This document shows, piece after piece, positions 18,608 through 28,154 of a DNA stretch of 64,000 bases; the stretch's first letter is position 1, and the number at the start of each line of letters is the position of its first letter. The position numbers and the translations under genes were made by a program. The stretch comes from Pseudobdellovibrionaceae bacterium (GTDB lineage Bacteria > Bdellovibrionota > Bdellovibrionia > Bdellovibrionales > JAGQZY01), in the NCBI GenBank assembly GCA_020635085.1, contig JACKAL010000004.1, forward strand, positions 30,732 to 94,731. The letters are read 5' to 3'. The notes beneath the pieces are model-generated. The model was not told the origin of the DNA. It ran no database searches and was given only the letters and a program-made list of their open reading frames with translations.

Positions 18608-19291
18608 CAGGCCACGCAACCGCTTAAAATGAGTTGGTCGAATATACAAATAATAAAATAATATCCCGGTAAACGCTCCGCCAAGGTGTGCTCCGTGACC
18701 TATAGGTAAACCACCACCATGGGCTTGCGCAGAAAGTCCCCATAAGTCTAGACCAACAAAGATGAGTGCACCAAATATTGCTGGAAGCGGAATAAGTCCG
18801 AGCAAAACAATTTTCTGTTTTGGATACATTAAAGAAAATAAAAGAATAACTCCAGCAATCGCACCCGAAGCACCTAATGCGGGTAGTTCTGGTTTATCTA
18901 AAATATATGCAGAAACCACCACGTGGCTTAGTGAGCTTATAATGCCCGCAAGTAGATAAAAAAAGACAAAGCGGGTTGTTCCCAATGTGGCTTCCATAAC
19001 GCTACCAAAACCTATAAAAATATACATATTTAAAAAAATATGCCAAAACATATTGTGCGAAAAAACACTCGTTAACAATACCCAATAATATCCTTGCTCA
19101 AGATGATCCCAACTGACGAGAAAATTTTTTGCCATGAATGCTAGCCCTTCTCGATTCAGTTGTGTATAAAACCAAGCAGCAAAAACAAGAATATTAAGAA
19201 AAATAATTATTGGCATGGCTAGCGCTTTTGGTGTTCTAGCAGATTCAAAATCGCGTATGCGAATTTGTCGAGGTAACATATTATCAGACAT
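18605..19291 (-). CDS. rhomboid-family intramembrane serine protease
   Basis: HIFLNM, GASGAIAG (catalytic Ser) and GAHLGG (catalytic His) motifs in a 6-TM protein. Confidence 0.85.
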   Translation of the reverse strand: MSDNMLPRQIRIRDFESARTPKALAMPIIIFLNILVFAAWFYTQLNREGLAFMAKNFLVSWDHLEQGYYWVLLTSVFSHNMFWHIFLNMYIFIGFGSVMEATLGTTRFVFFYLLAGIISSLSHVVVSAYILDKPELPALGASGAIAGVILLFSLMYPKQKIVLLGLIPLPAIFGALIFVGLDLWGLSAQAHGGGLPIGHGAHLGGAFTGILFYYLYIRPTHFKRLRGL

Positions 19292-19318
19292 AGTCGTTTC
19301 TCTCTCTGCTCCTTTAGT

Positions 19319-19990
19319 TTAAAAGACCGGAGCTTCTTCTCGGCTACTTATACGCCCATCCACTAAAAAGATCTCCCTCTGCGCGCGTGCAGCGAAGTCT
19401 GGCTCATGAGTTACTAATACAATCGTTGTTTTTTCTTTTTTATTGGTCTCTTCTAGAATATCCATAACCAAGCCGGCATTGTATGTATCTAAATTGCCCG
19501 TTGGTTCGTCGGCAAAGATGTATTTAGGTTTCATTACTAACGCACGCGCAATAGCAACCCTCTGTTGCTGTCCCCCAGACATCTGCCCAGGAAGTTTGCC
19601 TGCTTGATCACTAATATTTAGTTTTTTGAGCCAACTTTGAGCTATTTCTTCATACTTATCAACTAAACCCAAATTACGCGCCGGCAACAAAACATTTTCT
19701 AAGGCGGTTAGTTCAGGTAACAAATAATGAAATTGAAAAATAAATCCCACGTGATAATTGCGAAACATATGAATTTTTTTAGAACTCATTGTTGCTAAAT
19801 TGTTTCCATCAATATGCACTTCTCCTGTAGACGGCAAATCAAGAGTGCTCACGATATATAGTAAAGTGCTCTTTCCACTTCCCGAGCGACCCGATATAGA
19901 AACAAATTCACCATCAGAAATATTAAATGTAAGTCCATGGAGAATTCTTTGTTTACCGAAATCTTTCGTAATATTCTTACATTCAATCAT
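19319..19990 (-). CDS. ABC transporter ATP-binding protein (MacB/LolD type)
   Basis: Walker A GRSGSGKST, signature MSGGQQQRVAIAR and Walker B IFADEPTG. Confidence 0.9.
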   Translation of the reverse strand: MIECKNITKDFGKQRILHGLTFNISDGEFVSISGRSGSGKSTLLYIVSTLDLPSTGEVHIDGNNLATMSSKKIHMFRNYHVGFIFQFHYLLPELTALENVLLPARNLGLVDKYEEIAQSWLKKLNISDQAGKLPGQMSGGQQQRVAIARALVMKPKYIFADEPTGNLDTYNAGLVMDILEETNKKEKTTIVLVTHEPDFAARAQREIFLVDGRISSREEAPVF

Positions 19991-21232
19991 TTAATCCTCG
20001 CGAATAATTTCCATCGGCGTCATGCGACTCGCTCCCCATGCGGGAAACAGAGTTGCAATTAATGCAGAAACATTAGCAGTAAAAAATGCTGTTACATATA
20101 TAGATGGCGTATAGCTGACAAATAAGTGATTTGACCCACCCAACTCGATACCTAAATCAATACTTTCGATCCATATACAAATGAGATAGCCAAAAAGTAA
20201 CCCCATCACCCCACCGGAAAGACCCAGTATTAGCCCTTGATAAAAAATAAGCTCAAGAATTCTTTTTGGTCCGTAACCAATAGCACGCAAAATAGCTATT
20301 TCTTTTTTCTTTTGATTGATCATAATACTTAAAACATTGTAAATCCCAAACGCAGCGACAATAAGAATGGCAAATGTAATAAAGTATCTTACAAAATCTT
20401 GCACCTTAATCACTTCCATAAACATGCGATTAGCTTCTTGCCAATCTTCCACTTTGTCCCGGCTGGTCAGTTGCCACTGATCCGCCACCTCATTCGCCAT
20501 ATCGATATCAGTTAAAGCCACGGCAATTTCAGTAACACGGCCAGGACTACGGGTAATTGTTTGTACGTCGTTAAGATGGGCGTAGGCAATGCTGTCATCA
20601 ATCTGCTCATTGCCGAGCTTAACCACGCCAACCACTTTAAACGGTCGATTCTTATCACCAGTACTCACATTAACGAATTGATCAAGACGAACCCCTAGCT
20701 TTTCGGCAACCCCACTTCCTATAACAATTTGGTTGCCTCCTTTTGCCAAATTGGCAAAGTGCCCTTGCTTCATATACTTTTCGATGGATGTAATACGGAT
20801 ATGTTTCTCGGGAATAGTACCTATTAAATTGACCGATGCTTTAAATTTACCCGATGTGAGCAGTGCATTTGTATTCAAGCGGGGCGCGAAATCGATAACA
20901 TTTAGATCATTACTAAGACGCTCGTACCAACCTCCATAGTTTTCCAAACGCGTTTCTTCCCGGCGGCCCATTGGGGGAACAATCCAATAGACAGCGTTCT
21001 TTGTTTCCCCATAAAAAATATCAGTAATTTCTTTGTTGTCGATCAGCTTTTCATCTCCCGAGATTAATACATGGGCTGTATTATTTAAGAGTTGCTCGGC
21101 AAGATAGGCGCGCATACCCAACTGAACACCGCTGATGCCTACAAAAAGCAGTGTACCAATACTAATTCCCATTAAAATCAAAAGTGTTTGTTTCTTTCGC
21201 GCCATAAGTTGACGCCAAGATAAAAATAACAT
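19991..21232 (-). CDS. ABC transporter permease, FtsX/MacB-like with a large periplasmic domain
   Basis: 413 aa. One N-terminal TM helix, then about 250 aa periplasmic, then 3 C-terminal TM helices. Contiguous with the ATPase gene. Confidence 0.85.
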   Translation of the reverse strand: MLFLSWRQLMARKKQTLLILMGISIGTLLFVGISGVQLGMRAYLAEQLLNNTAHVLISGDEKLIDNKEITDIFYGETKNAVYWIVPPMGRREETRLENYGGWYERLSNDLNVIDFAPRLNTNALLTSGKFKASVNLIGTIPEKHIRITSIEKYMKQGHFANLAKGGNQIVIGSGVAEKLGVRLDQFVNVSTGDKNRPFKVVGVVKLGNEQIDDSIAYAHLNDVQTITRSPGRVTEIAVALTDIDMANEVADQWQLTSRDKVEDWQEANRMFMEVIKVQDFVRYFITFAILIVAAFGIYNVLSIMINQKKKEIAILRAIGYGPKRILELIFYQGLILGLSGGVMGLLFGYLICIWIESIDLGIELGGSNHLFVSYTPSIYVTAFFTANVSALIATLFPAWGASRMTPMEIIRED

Positions 21233-21234
21233 CT

Positions 21235-22026
21235 TTATTCTTTCTGGTTTTTAGGTAGAAGGACTGTGTCTCCCTCGCGAAGATCATTGCCTTTTACTTC
21301 GGCCCATTGACCATCCACATGACCAATAATTAATTTCATCTTTTCTCGTTTTCCATTAGCGTGTTTAATGAGAACCTTGCCCCCCGTTACGGCCTTAACT
21401 GGGATCAACAAGGCATTGGTAATTTTTCCAACTTCTACAGAGACATCTGCGGTCATCCCCGGCAAAACACTTTCAGCCAAATCATCAACCTTTACATGGG
21501 CTAAAAACTCATCATTGCGCGAAAAAAGCGCAGTCACCTTTCCTGATAAAACTGTTCCACGCAAGGACTCAAATGAAACCTTAGCTGGCTGACCCACTTG
21601 CACTCGCAGAGCCCCCTCTTGCTCCAATGTAAGTTCAATATAACGATTTTGCACATTGTCCACTCTCAAAAGGGTCATTTGCGGTAAAGCTGTTTCACCA
21701 TTATGACTAGCCACCCAAGTGACAATACCATCAAAAGGAGCTCGAAATAAAATATTGCTATCCAACTCTATGAGCTGATCTCCCTTTTTAACGGACTCTC
21801 CTTCACTGACATAAACATTTTTCACCGTAGATATTACACCGATCTTAACCTCAAAGTGCTGATCGGTAATAACTTTTCCCAAAGCATACACAGCCTCGAC
21901 AAGATCACCACGATGCGGCTCTACCTCAACAAACCGACTACTGAAATAATAATATCGAGCACTGAAAAAAGAGATAGCTAAAATAACACTAGCGACCATC
22001 GCTAAAAGAAAATGCTTCGATGACAT
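21235..22026 (-). CDS. efflux periplasmic adaptor (HlyD/MFP family), short form
   Basis: N-terminal anchor, a lipoyl-like motif (GESVKKGDQLIELD) and a beta-barrel region. It ends 2 nt before the permease gene. Confidence 0.7.
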   Translation of the reverse strand: MSSKHFLLAMVASVILAISFFSARYYYFSSRFVEVEPHRGDLVEAVYALGKVITDQHFEVKIGVISTVKNVYVSEGESVKKGDQLIELDSNILFRAPFDGIVTWVASHNGETALPQMTLLRVDNVQNRYIELTLEQEGALRVQVGQPAKVSFESLRGTVLSGKVTALFSRNDEFLAHVKVDDLAESVLPGMTADVSVEVGKITNALLIPVKAVTGGKVLIKHANGKREKMKLIIGHVDGQWAEVKGNDLREGDTVLLPKNQKE

Positions 22027-22215
22027 AGGTACACTCCCGATTCTTACCCGAACACTATGATTTGTCTCGGAACCTGTCTAAGTTCCTGCCCAGCGTAATA
22101 CAAGCCCTTTACAAAGGCAACATTTGCGCAAACAATCTACTACTTAATGAATAGAACCCTGCATGCTTTTTTACCTGACACCAAAATTTTTCCTGAAAGT
22201 GATGAGGACGTGTAA

Positions 22216-22923
22216 TCATCTTATGCCTTCAATCAATTGTAGAAAATGTTGCAAGACTTTATCTGAAGTCATATCTGGATCCAACGCACAATGGGCGACA
22301 TATTCAGGCTCAGTTGCAATGGTAATAAGACCTGCTTGACGGACAAGATCTTTTACTACGGTTACATCTCTTGGCTCTAAAGATTTCCATGTATTAAAAT
22401 AATCTAAATCAATATCTAAAATATATGGGGTGTTTGGTATGAACAACGCCCCCTTCTCGTGAAACATGTTCCTAAAATAATCGAGTTGTTTAAGTAAAAA
22501 ATCACTTTCTAAAACCCGATCACATTCTTCGCGAACTACACTTGACGACATCGCGGCACCACAAACAATATGGTACTCATTTAAAACATTTATATCTGTG
22601 TCACGAGCATTGTGCGCGATAACACATGCATAACAAATTATATCTGCAGCAAGAGCTGCCAAAATATGTTCATCATTATTAAGTTGTGCAATAGCTTTTT
22701 CAACTGATAAAGCATTTTTAAAATCTATCGATTTAAGCAAGGATTGACGTGATATCTCTCCTGCTTCTTTTGCCAAATGTGTTTGCTGCTTTATGAAATA
22801 ACGAAATGGTAGACTGGTATCCGTGTGATGATCCAAAGTTAAAAGTAATGGTGCCGAATCTAGCTGCGACCTATATTTCGCCCAAGCTGCCAGTACTTTA
22901 TGATGACTATCCACAATATACAT
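22216..22923 (-). CDS. UPF0489-like protein (function unknown)
   Basis: N-terminal IVDSHHKVL...TLDHHTDT and a later ILDIDLDYF pattern, recalled as the hallmark of the UPF0489 family. The assignment is from memory only. Confidence 0.45.
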   Translation of the reverse strand: MYIVDSHHKVLAAWAKYRSQLDSAPLLLTLDHHTDTSLPFRYFIKQQTHLAKEAGEISRQSLLKSIDFKNALSVEKAIAQLNNDEHILAALAADIICYACVIAHNARDTDINVLNEYHIVCGAAMSSSVVREECDRVLESDFLLKQLDYFRNMFHEKGALFIPNTPYILDIDLDYFNTWKSLEPRDVTVVKDLVRQAGLITIATEPEYVAHCALDPDMTSDKVLQHFLQLIEGIR

Positions 22924-23090
22924 ACCAACGCAATATTACAAAAAAACAATCGAAAGTCATTGTTGTTGATGAGTATTAGAGTCCGTCTCCTAAATAAGAC
23001 CTACTCCCCTCCAAAACTCTTTCACTAGACCCCTATTTATGATACTTACACATATCCCAATCTGCAGATTTGAAGAAATAAAGAGGATGA

Positions 23091-24464
23091 ATGACTACCC
23101 GCCGCCTACAAAAATGGAAAGAAATATTACGCATCGCTTGGCCACTCATCATAGCCAATAGTTTTTGGAATTTACAACTTACTATAGATCGTATTTATCT
23201 TGGCAGCCACTCTACCGAAGCTCTCGGTGCCGCCATGGCCGTTATGGGTATATTTTGGACTCCGATGGCTCTACTTCAGCAAACAGCTGGCTATCTTATG
23301 ACATTTGTTGCTCAATATTTTGGTGCGAAACAAAATAAAATGATTGGGCCCGCAGTCTGGCAATCACTTTATTTAAGTGTTTTTGGCGGCTTTCTATTTC
23401 TTTTTCTTATTCCAATGTCACAATGGATCTTTTCTGGCGTAGGCCACTCTGCTCATATGCAAGGCCTCGAGGTGGAATACTTTAATGCCATTTGTTATTC
23501 CGCACTCCCCACAGCACTGGTTGCCGCCACCAGTGGATTTTTCACAGGTCTTGGAAATACGCGCATGGTGATGTGGATTAATGGTACGGGGCTTATTTTT
23601 AACATTCTTTTCGATTATCTATTAATTTTTGGTAATCTTCATTTTCCCGCCCTTGGCGTCGCCGGTGCAGGCTATGCTACCGCAATCGCAAATTATGCTA
23701 GCGCGCTATGTGGCCTTTATCTTCTATTGAACAAAAAAAATGAAGTAAGCTATCATGTTCTTTCGGGTTGGCGTTTCAAGAAAGATCTTATGTTACGCTA
23801 TTTAAAATATGGACTCCCCAGTGGCATGCAGTGGGCCCTTGAAGGGCTCGCCTTCACAGTTTTCTTAATTCTAATTGGCCGCTTCACTCATGGTGATGCT
23901 GCATTAGCAAGTAGTGGTATTGCCGTCACCATCATGATGCTTGCAATATTACCTGCCATGGGCATTGCACAGTCGGTTTCCATTCTTGTAGGCCAACACC
24001 TCGGAGAAAAAAAACCACAATTAGCTGAAGAGTCCTCTTGGAGTGGGCTACAAGTTGCCGCCATATATATTATTTCTGTAGGAATTACTTTGTTGATATT
24101 CCCAAAGTTTTACTTAAATTGGTTTTATAATGATAAAAATATCTTACTCTGGGAACAAGTAAGTGTTACCGTTCCTTATCTTTTAATGTACATCGCCCTA
24201 TTTACTGCCTTTGATAGCATGAATCTGGTTTTTTCATTTACACTTAAAGGTGCTGGTGACACCCGCTTTGTTAGCCTCGTGGCACTCTTGCTTCCTTGGC
24301 CGCTCATGGTCTTGCCTACTTTCCTTATAAAAGATTGGGCTGGTGCCATTTACTGGGCATGGGCGGCAGCAAGTCTTTTCATTATCAGCCAAGCCCTAGT
24401 CTTTTGGAAACGTTTTACTGGAGGCAAATGGAAATCAATGAGTGTGATTGGCCCTCTGAAATAA
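23091..24464 (+). CDS. MATE-family efflux transporter
   Basis: 457 aa with 12 predicted TM segments and a typical MATE N-terminus (ILRIAWPLIIANSFWNLQLTIDRIYLG). Confidence 0.85.
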   Translation: MTTRRLQKWKEILRIAWPLIIANSFWNLQLTIDRIYLGSHSTEALGAAMAVMGIFWTPMALLQQTAGYLMTFVAQYFGAKQNKMIGPAVWQSLYLSVFGGFLFLFLIPMSQWIFSGVGHSAHMQGLEVEYFNAICYSALPTALVAATSGFFTGLGNTRMVMWINGTGLIFNILFDYLLIFGNLHFPALGVAGAGYATAIANYASALCGLYLLLNKKNEVSYHVLSGWRFKKDLMLRYLKYGLPSGMQWALEGLAFTVFLILIGRFTHGDAALASSGIAVTIMMLAILPAMGIAQSVSILVGQHLGEKKPQLAEESSWSGLQVAAIYIISVGITLLIFPKFYLNWFYNDKNILLWEQVSVTVPYLLMYIALFTAFDSMNLVFSFTLKGAGDTRFVSLVALLLPWPLMVLPTFLIKDWAGAIYWAWAAASLFIISQALVFWKRFTGGKWKSMSVIGPLK

Positions 24465-24484
24465 TATTAGAGTGCGTGCGCACC

Positions 24485-25006
24485 CTAGCGAGACTGTAAA
24501 AAGCGACGAAGATTTTCGGCTCTATCTAAACGATCTGCATCTATTTGTACAGGATTACCAACTCCGCTCCAGCGCATCGTTTGATAAGCATGATCACGAA
24601 TTTTTTTTGCCTGTACATTGACATCTACTAATGCATTGCAATTGTTTCGTACTGCTAAATAAGCAAGGCGCATAAGGGTATCTTGCTCATCCAAAGCATT
24701 GTCTGTGGTAACTTGTGGAAAAGTTCTCTTATACTGACTCGTCTCTTTTCCTTGCGTTCGATAAAAAACATATACCTCTTTTGTTTTTTCAACATCTTCG
24801 TAGTAAGAATTGAGTAAGGGCTGAACCTTTTCAGAAAAACATGTATAACAGTAACAATCTTGTGTTAAAAAAGGTGGCGTATCCTGCATATAAAGAAAAG
24901 CCTCTGCATCTAAAAACACAGCACATTTTTTACAAATGCTTTCTTTACAGATCCCACATTCTAAATACGCTTTTTTTGACTGACACTGTTTACACTCTAA
25001 ACTCAT
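24485..25006 (-). CDS. Cys-rich zinc-ribbon protein with a YbjQ-like C-terminal half (hypothetical)
   Basis: CKQC-x9-CGIC-x4-C-x2-C cluster, then CYCYTC. The C-terminal ...LAYLAVRNNCNALVDVNV... segment resembles the UPF0145/YbjQ pattern. ATG at 25006; the maximal ORF starts with a GTG at 25024. Confidence 0.4.
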   Translation of the reverse strand: MSLECKQCQSKKAYLECGICKESICKKCAVFLDAEAFLYMQDTPPFLTQDCYCYTCFSEKVQPLLNSYYEDVEKTKEVYVFYRTQGKETSQYKRTFPQVTTDNALDEQDTLMRLAYLAVRNNCNALVDVNVQAKKIRDHAYQTMRWSGVGNPVQIDADRLDRAENLRRFLQSR

Positions 25007-25343
25007 AAACCACCCCAGTACCACAAATACCTACTATTGGTGAAGATCTTTAAGTTTTTTTGTTTTTTCTACTTCTTTTGTAAATACTGGATGCCGACGA
25101 AAGAACCTAACTTATTGATTTTACTCAAGTCGTCTAGTCGCAATAATAACACCGCTCCCCTTAAAAGGCTCGTAAACATAGAGCCTTTATTGGGCTTACC
25201 CTACACATTCCGCACTCGTCATCGCACCTCTCTTCTTTTTTGCTTTATCATTACCGTCTCGCTGATGGTCTAGACCTTACAGTCTCGCCTTGGGTTTATA
25301 AAGAGAAAACCGATAAGCAGCAGAAGAGAAAAAGAGGTTTTTT

Positions 25344-25901
25344 ATGAAATTTATTAAAATCGCATTATTAGTCGCTACAAGTTTATTTTTTATGAACTGC
25401 TCTTCTCATCCAGAAATTAATTCTGATGAGTCCGTAGAGCAAAAAGAAAGTGCATATGAGGATACCGCAACGGAAGAATCTTTACCCTATGGGCAAGCTA
25501 TTTCTGATTCCGTTTTTAATGAAGAATCCTCTCAAAAACAAGAAGCCGATGAGTATGAAGATGATTCGTACGAAATGGAAGACGCTCGTGTTGCAGAAGA
25601 TACAAACGAAAATACTAATGAAGATATAAATGATGAACAAGTTCATCAATCAGTAGCGCTCGAACATGAAGAAACAAAGTTACCCGTAGTAAAACGAAAT
25701 GTAGCTTCAGTGAAATTTAAAAACGGATTTTACACCTTTTCTAATAACTGTACGATGAAATCTCAACCCAATGAAGGCAGTGCGAGTGCAGGAAATGTTT
25801 CAGCTGGAAAAAAACTTTGGCTTGATGTTCACTCCACACAGTGGATGAAGGCCTATAAAAAATCAGGCACCGTCTATATACCTAGTCACTGCTTACACTA
25901 G
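25344..25901 (+). CDS. acidic lipoprotein with a C-terminal SH3b-like domain
   Basis: Lipobox FFMNC|SS, a long D/E-rich linker, and a C-terminal FYTFSNNCTMKSQP...GKKLWL...WMKAY bacterial SH3-like pattern. Confidence 0.5.
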   Translation: MKFIKIALLVATSLFFMNCSSHPEINSDESVEQKESAYEDTATEESLPYGQAISDSVFNEESSQKQEADEYEDDSYEMEDARVAEDTNENTNEDINDEQVHQSVALEHEETKLPVVKRNVASVKFKNGFYTFSNNCTMKSQPNEGSASAGNVSAGKKLWLDVHSTQWMKAYKKSGTVYIPSHCLH

Positions 25902-25964
25902 ATCGACTTGGTCTGTTTCATGCCAGATGCCAAATTGCATCGGCCTTGTAATTAAAAATTTTTT

Positions 25965-25997
25965 AAAAGAAAGTGGGTTGAATAACCCACTTTTTTA
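25965..25997. terminator. bidirectional terminator between convergent genes
   Basis: AAGTGGGTT-gaat-AACCCACTT stem followed by T6, with an A-rich 5' flank. Confidence 0.6.
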
Positions 25998-26282
25998 TTT
26001 CTTTGTTGTAGTTGTGCTTTGATCTTTTGTTTCCTCAGAAGCCGGTTGATTTTCGAGAGCGATTTTTTCTATTTCTTCGTCCACGACCATATTTTGTGCA
26101 TCGTCTGCAGTCATAATAAATAAGTCATCATCGGTATCAAAATCGATATCTTCATCAATTCCATTGAGCTCTTCGATAAGCTCTTTTTGCGAAGCGCTGG
26201 GTTGCACTACTGTAGGCGCAGTAACTTTGGCATGTACAGAAAAAATAAATAACGTAAATACAATAAATAAGGGTGCTTTCAT
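25995..26282 (-). CDS. small acidic exported protein
   Basis: Signal peptide MKAPLFIVFTLFIFSVHA followed by a D/E-rich mature part. GGAGGTG RBS lies upstream of the ATG at 26282. Confidence 0.4.
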   Translation of the reverse strand: MKAPLFIVFTLFIFSVHAKVTAPTVVQPSASQKELIEELNGIDEDIDFDTDDDLFIMTADDAQNMVVDEEIEKIALENQPASEETKDQSTTTTKK

Positions 26283-26523
26283 GACCACCTCCACTAGCGA
26301 ACATCATCCGCAGAAATAGGAACAATAGCAAGTATTTCCCTCTATATTGCGCCTTGTGAGAGAAATAATCGATCCTGTAAAGCCCCCGCACTCGTCGGAT
26401 GGCCTTATACCAAGAAAAATCTTCATTGGACTCAACACCAGAATCGCATTGTTACGAAGGATTACTAGATCAACATCCAGGAAATGACATTGAGTTTTAA
26501 AGTGCCATTCCGATGAGAATTAT

Positions 26524-27000
26524 ATGAAAAAATCAACGTTTCATGAAATCCTTCTGGAAAAAATGTTAGGAACTGCTGTATCCCAACCTTTCGTCTCCCC
26601 TCCGACTTTAACAGGAATTGAACGGGAAATTCCGGCGTCTTTTCGTGTTTCAATAGATTTTATACATAAAAGCGCTTTAAATGCTTACCCAAAGAAAAAA
26701 CTAGTAAAATTAGAACCAACACCGCCAACTACACCACAAATAAAACCTACTGTTTGGATTGAAAAAGAAAAACTTAATGACGAAGAAAAACAAAAATGGA
26801 ATTTATTCGAAAAAACGATCGGAGAAAATTTTAATGGTCGATTAACACGCTCTCTTGCAATGAGTCGATTTCGCACATTTATTAAAAAAATACATCCTGA
26901 TACTGGTCACAATACACAAGCATATAATTTTGCAACACTCATTAAAATTAAAGATGAATTCATATATGTGATTGATCAGTACAGTAAAAAAAATATCTAA
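26524..27000 (+). CDS. hypothetical protein with a C-terminal J-domain-like segment
   Basis: ...AMSRFRTFIKKIHPDTGHN...F..LIKIKDEF... carries the HPD tripeptide in J-domain helix II/III context. No obvious RBS. Confidence 0.4.
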   Translation: MKKSTFHEILLEKMLGTAVSQPFVSPPTLTGIEREIPASFRVSIDFIHKSALNAYPKKKLVKLEPTPPTTPQIKPTVWIEKEKLNDEEKQKWNLFEKTIGENFNGRLTRSLAMSRFRTFIKKIHPDTGHNTQAYNFATLIKIKDEFIYVIDQYSKKNI

Positions 27001-27305
27001 CCTGACTCTTTTAATTCTTACACAATCACTATTCTATTCCGACGTATCTAGATCGCATGGCAAAAAAGACACAGTGTGCGTATCGCACACAGACAAATTT
27101 TCTGTCGTTTTCTTACCACAATAAAATGTAGTTCTCTGATAATTTTAATTTAAAAAAAATAAAAAACTGAACGGTAGTTATTTTTGTTTTAATTAAGTCA
27201 CAAAAAAAATCTTCGCAAGACCTTCATTTTTCTTAGTTGCTTTGTTTTACTTTATAAATTTTAAATGAAGATATGCCGTCATTTAAATAATGATAAGGAG
27301 GCCAT

Positions 27306-28067
27306 ATGTTTTTTAATTTAAATCCGACACGGATCTTTCTGTTATTTGCACTTGTTTTTTCGAGCTCTCTCATTGTGGCATGCTCTTCCGACACCGTTGG
27401 CTCTAGAGATGTAAATCCCAATGCCGTTCATCAGGAGTATTCTGTAGAATATCAAGAGACTTCTAACTCTTCCTATATCTCAGCACAGTTTCGAGTTGGT
27501 GGAAGTACGGGAACGACGGTAGAACTTGAACCTCCCTCTTATTTAAAAATTAATGGCACCACTCCTCACAAAAGTTCTTTCTTTGGAACTAGTTATTCCT
27601 TAGACCAAGGGGGCTATACATCTTCTGTTACCTTTGAATACTCTGATGATAGTCAGCACTCTTATGTGAACTCTGTTATTGTTAAAACTATACAAATTCT
27701 CTCAGCACCGCAAAATCTGACAATTGGACAAAGTTATTCAGTCGTTGTTTCTACTGAAAGCCTAAATCCAGGAGATACTGTACGTGGATATCTGCGACAG
27801 GACCATTTTGACCAAGGAATAAGTCAATCTGCATATGTCGAGGGTGTTTTTGATGTTGGCACACAAAGAATGATTTTTTCTTCTTACGATACCAGTCGCC
27901 TATATGAAGGAAATGTCGAATTGACACTTGTTCGATCCCATTACCAAGCATTATCGCAGTCAACTAGTCGTGGTGGAGGCAGCATAGGCAGTTATTACAA
28001 TACACGCCCTGTAATTCTCAATGCTTACGGCACACATACACACTCAACAGCACTTACTCCTTTTTAA
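27306..28067 (+). CDS. lipoprotein, function unknown
   Basis: AAGGAGG RBS and lipobox LIVAC|SS. The composition looks beta-rich. Confidence 0.55.
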   Translation: MFFNLNPTRIFLLFALVFSSSLIVACSSDTVGSRDVNPNAVHQEYSVEYQETSNSSYISAQFRVGGSTGTTVELEPPSYLKINGTTPHKSSFFGTSYSLDQGGYTSSVTFEYSDDSQHSYVNSVIVKTIQILSAPQNLTIGQSYSVVVSTESLNPGDTVRGYLRQDHFDQGISQSAYVEGVFDVGTQRMIFSSYDTSRLYEGNVELTLVRSHYQALSQSTSRGGGSIGSYYNTRPVILNAYGTHTHSTALTPF

Positions 28068-28154
28068 GTCGTAGATAAAAGCAGAAGTGGCATAAAATGC
28101 TGTAGATTTCCTCTTCTTGACATCTGGGTATGTTTTGAATAGCTTTTTCAATTC

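Noticed and set aside
25037-25273. A 78-aa ORF in the gap before the SH3 lipoprotein gene.
   Set aside because: It has no RBS and an F/C/L-rich odd composition. The region is more likely promoter/leader, and it also holds the weak fourth copy of the 30-nt motif.
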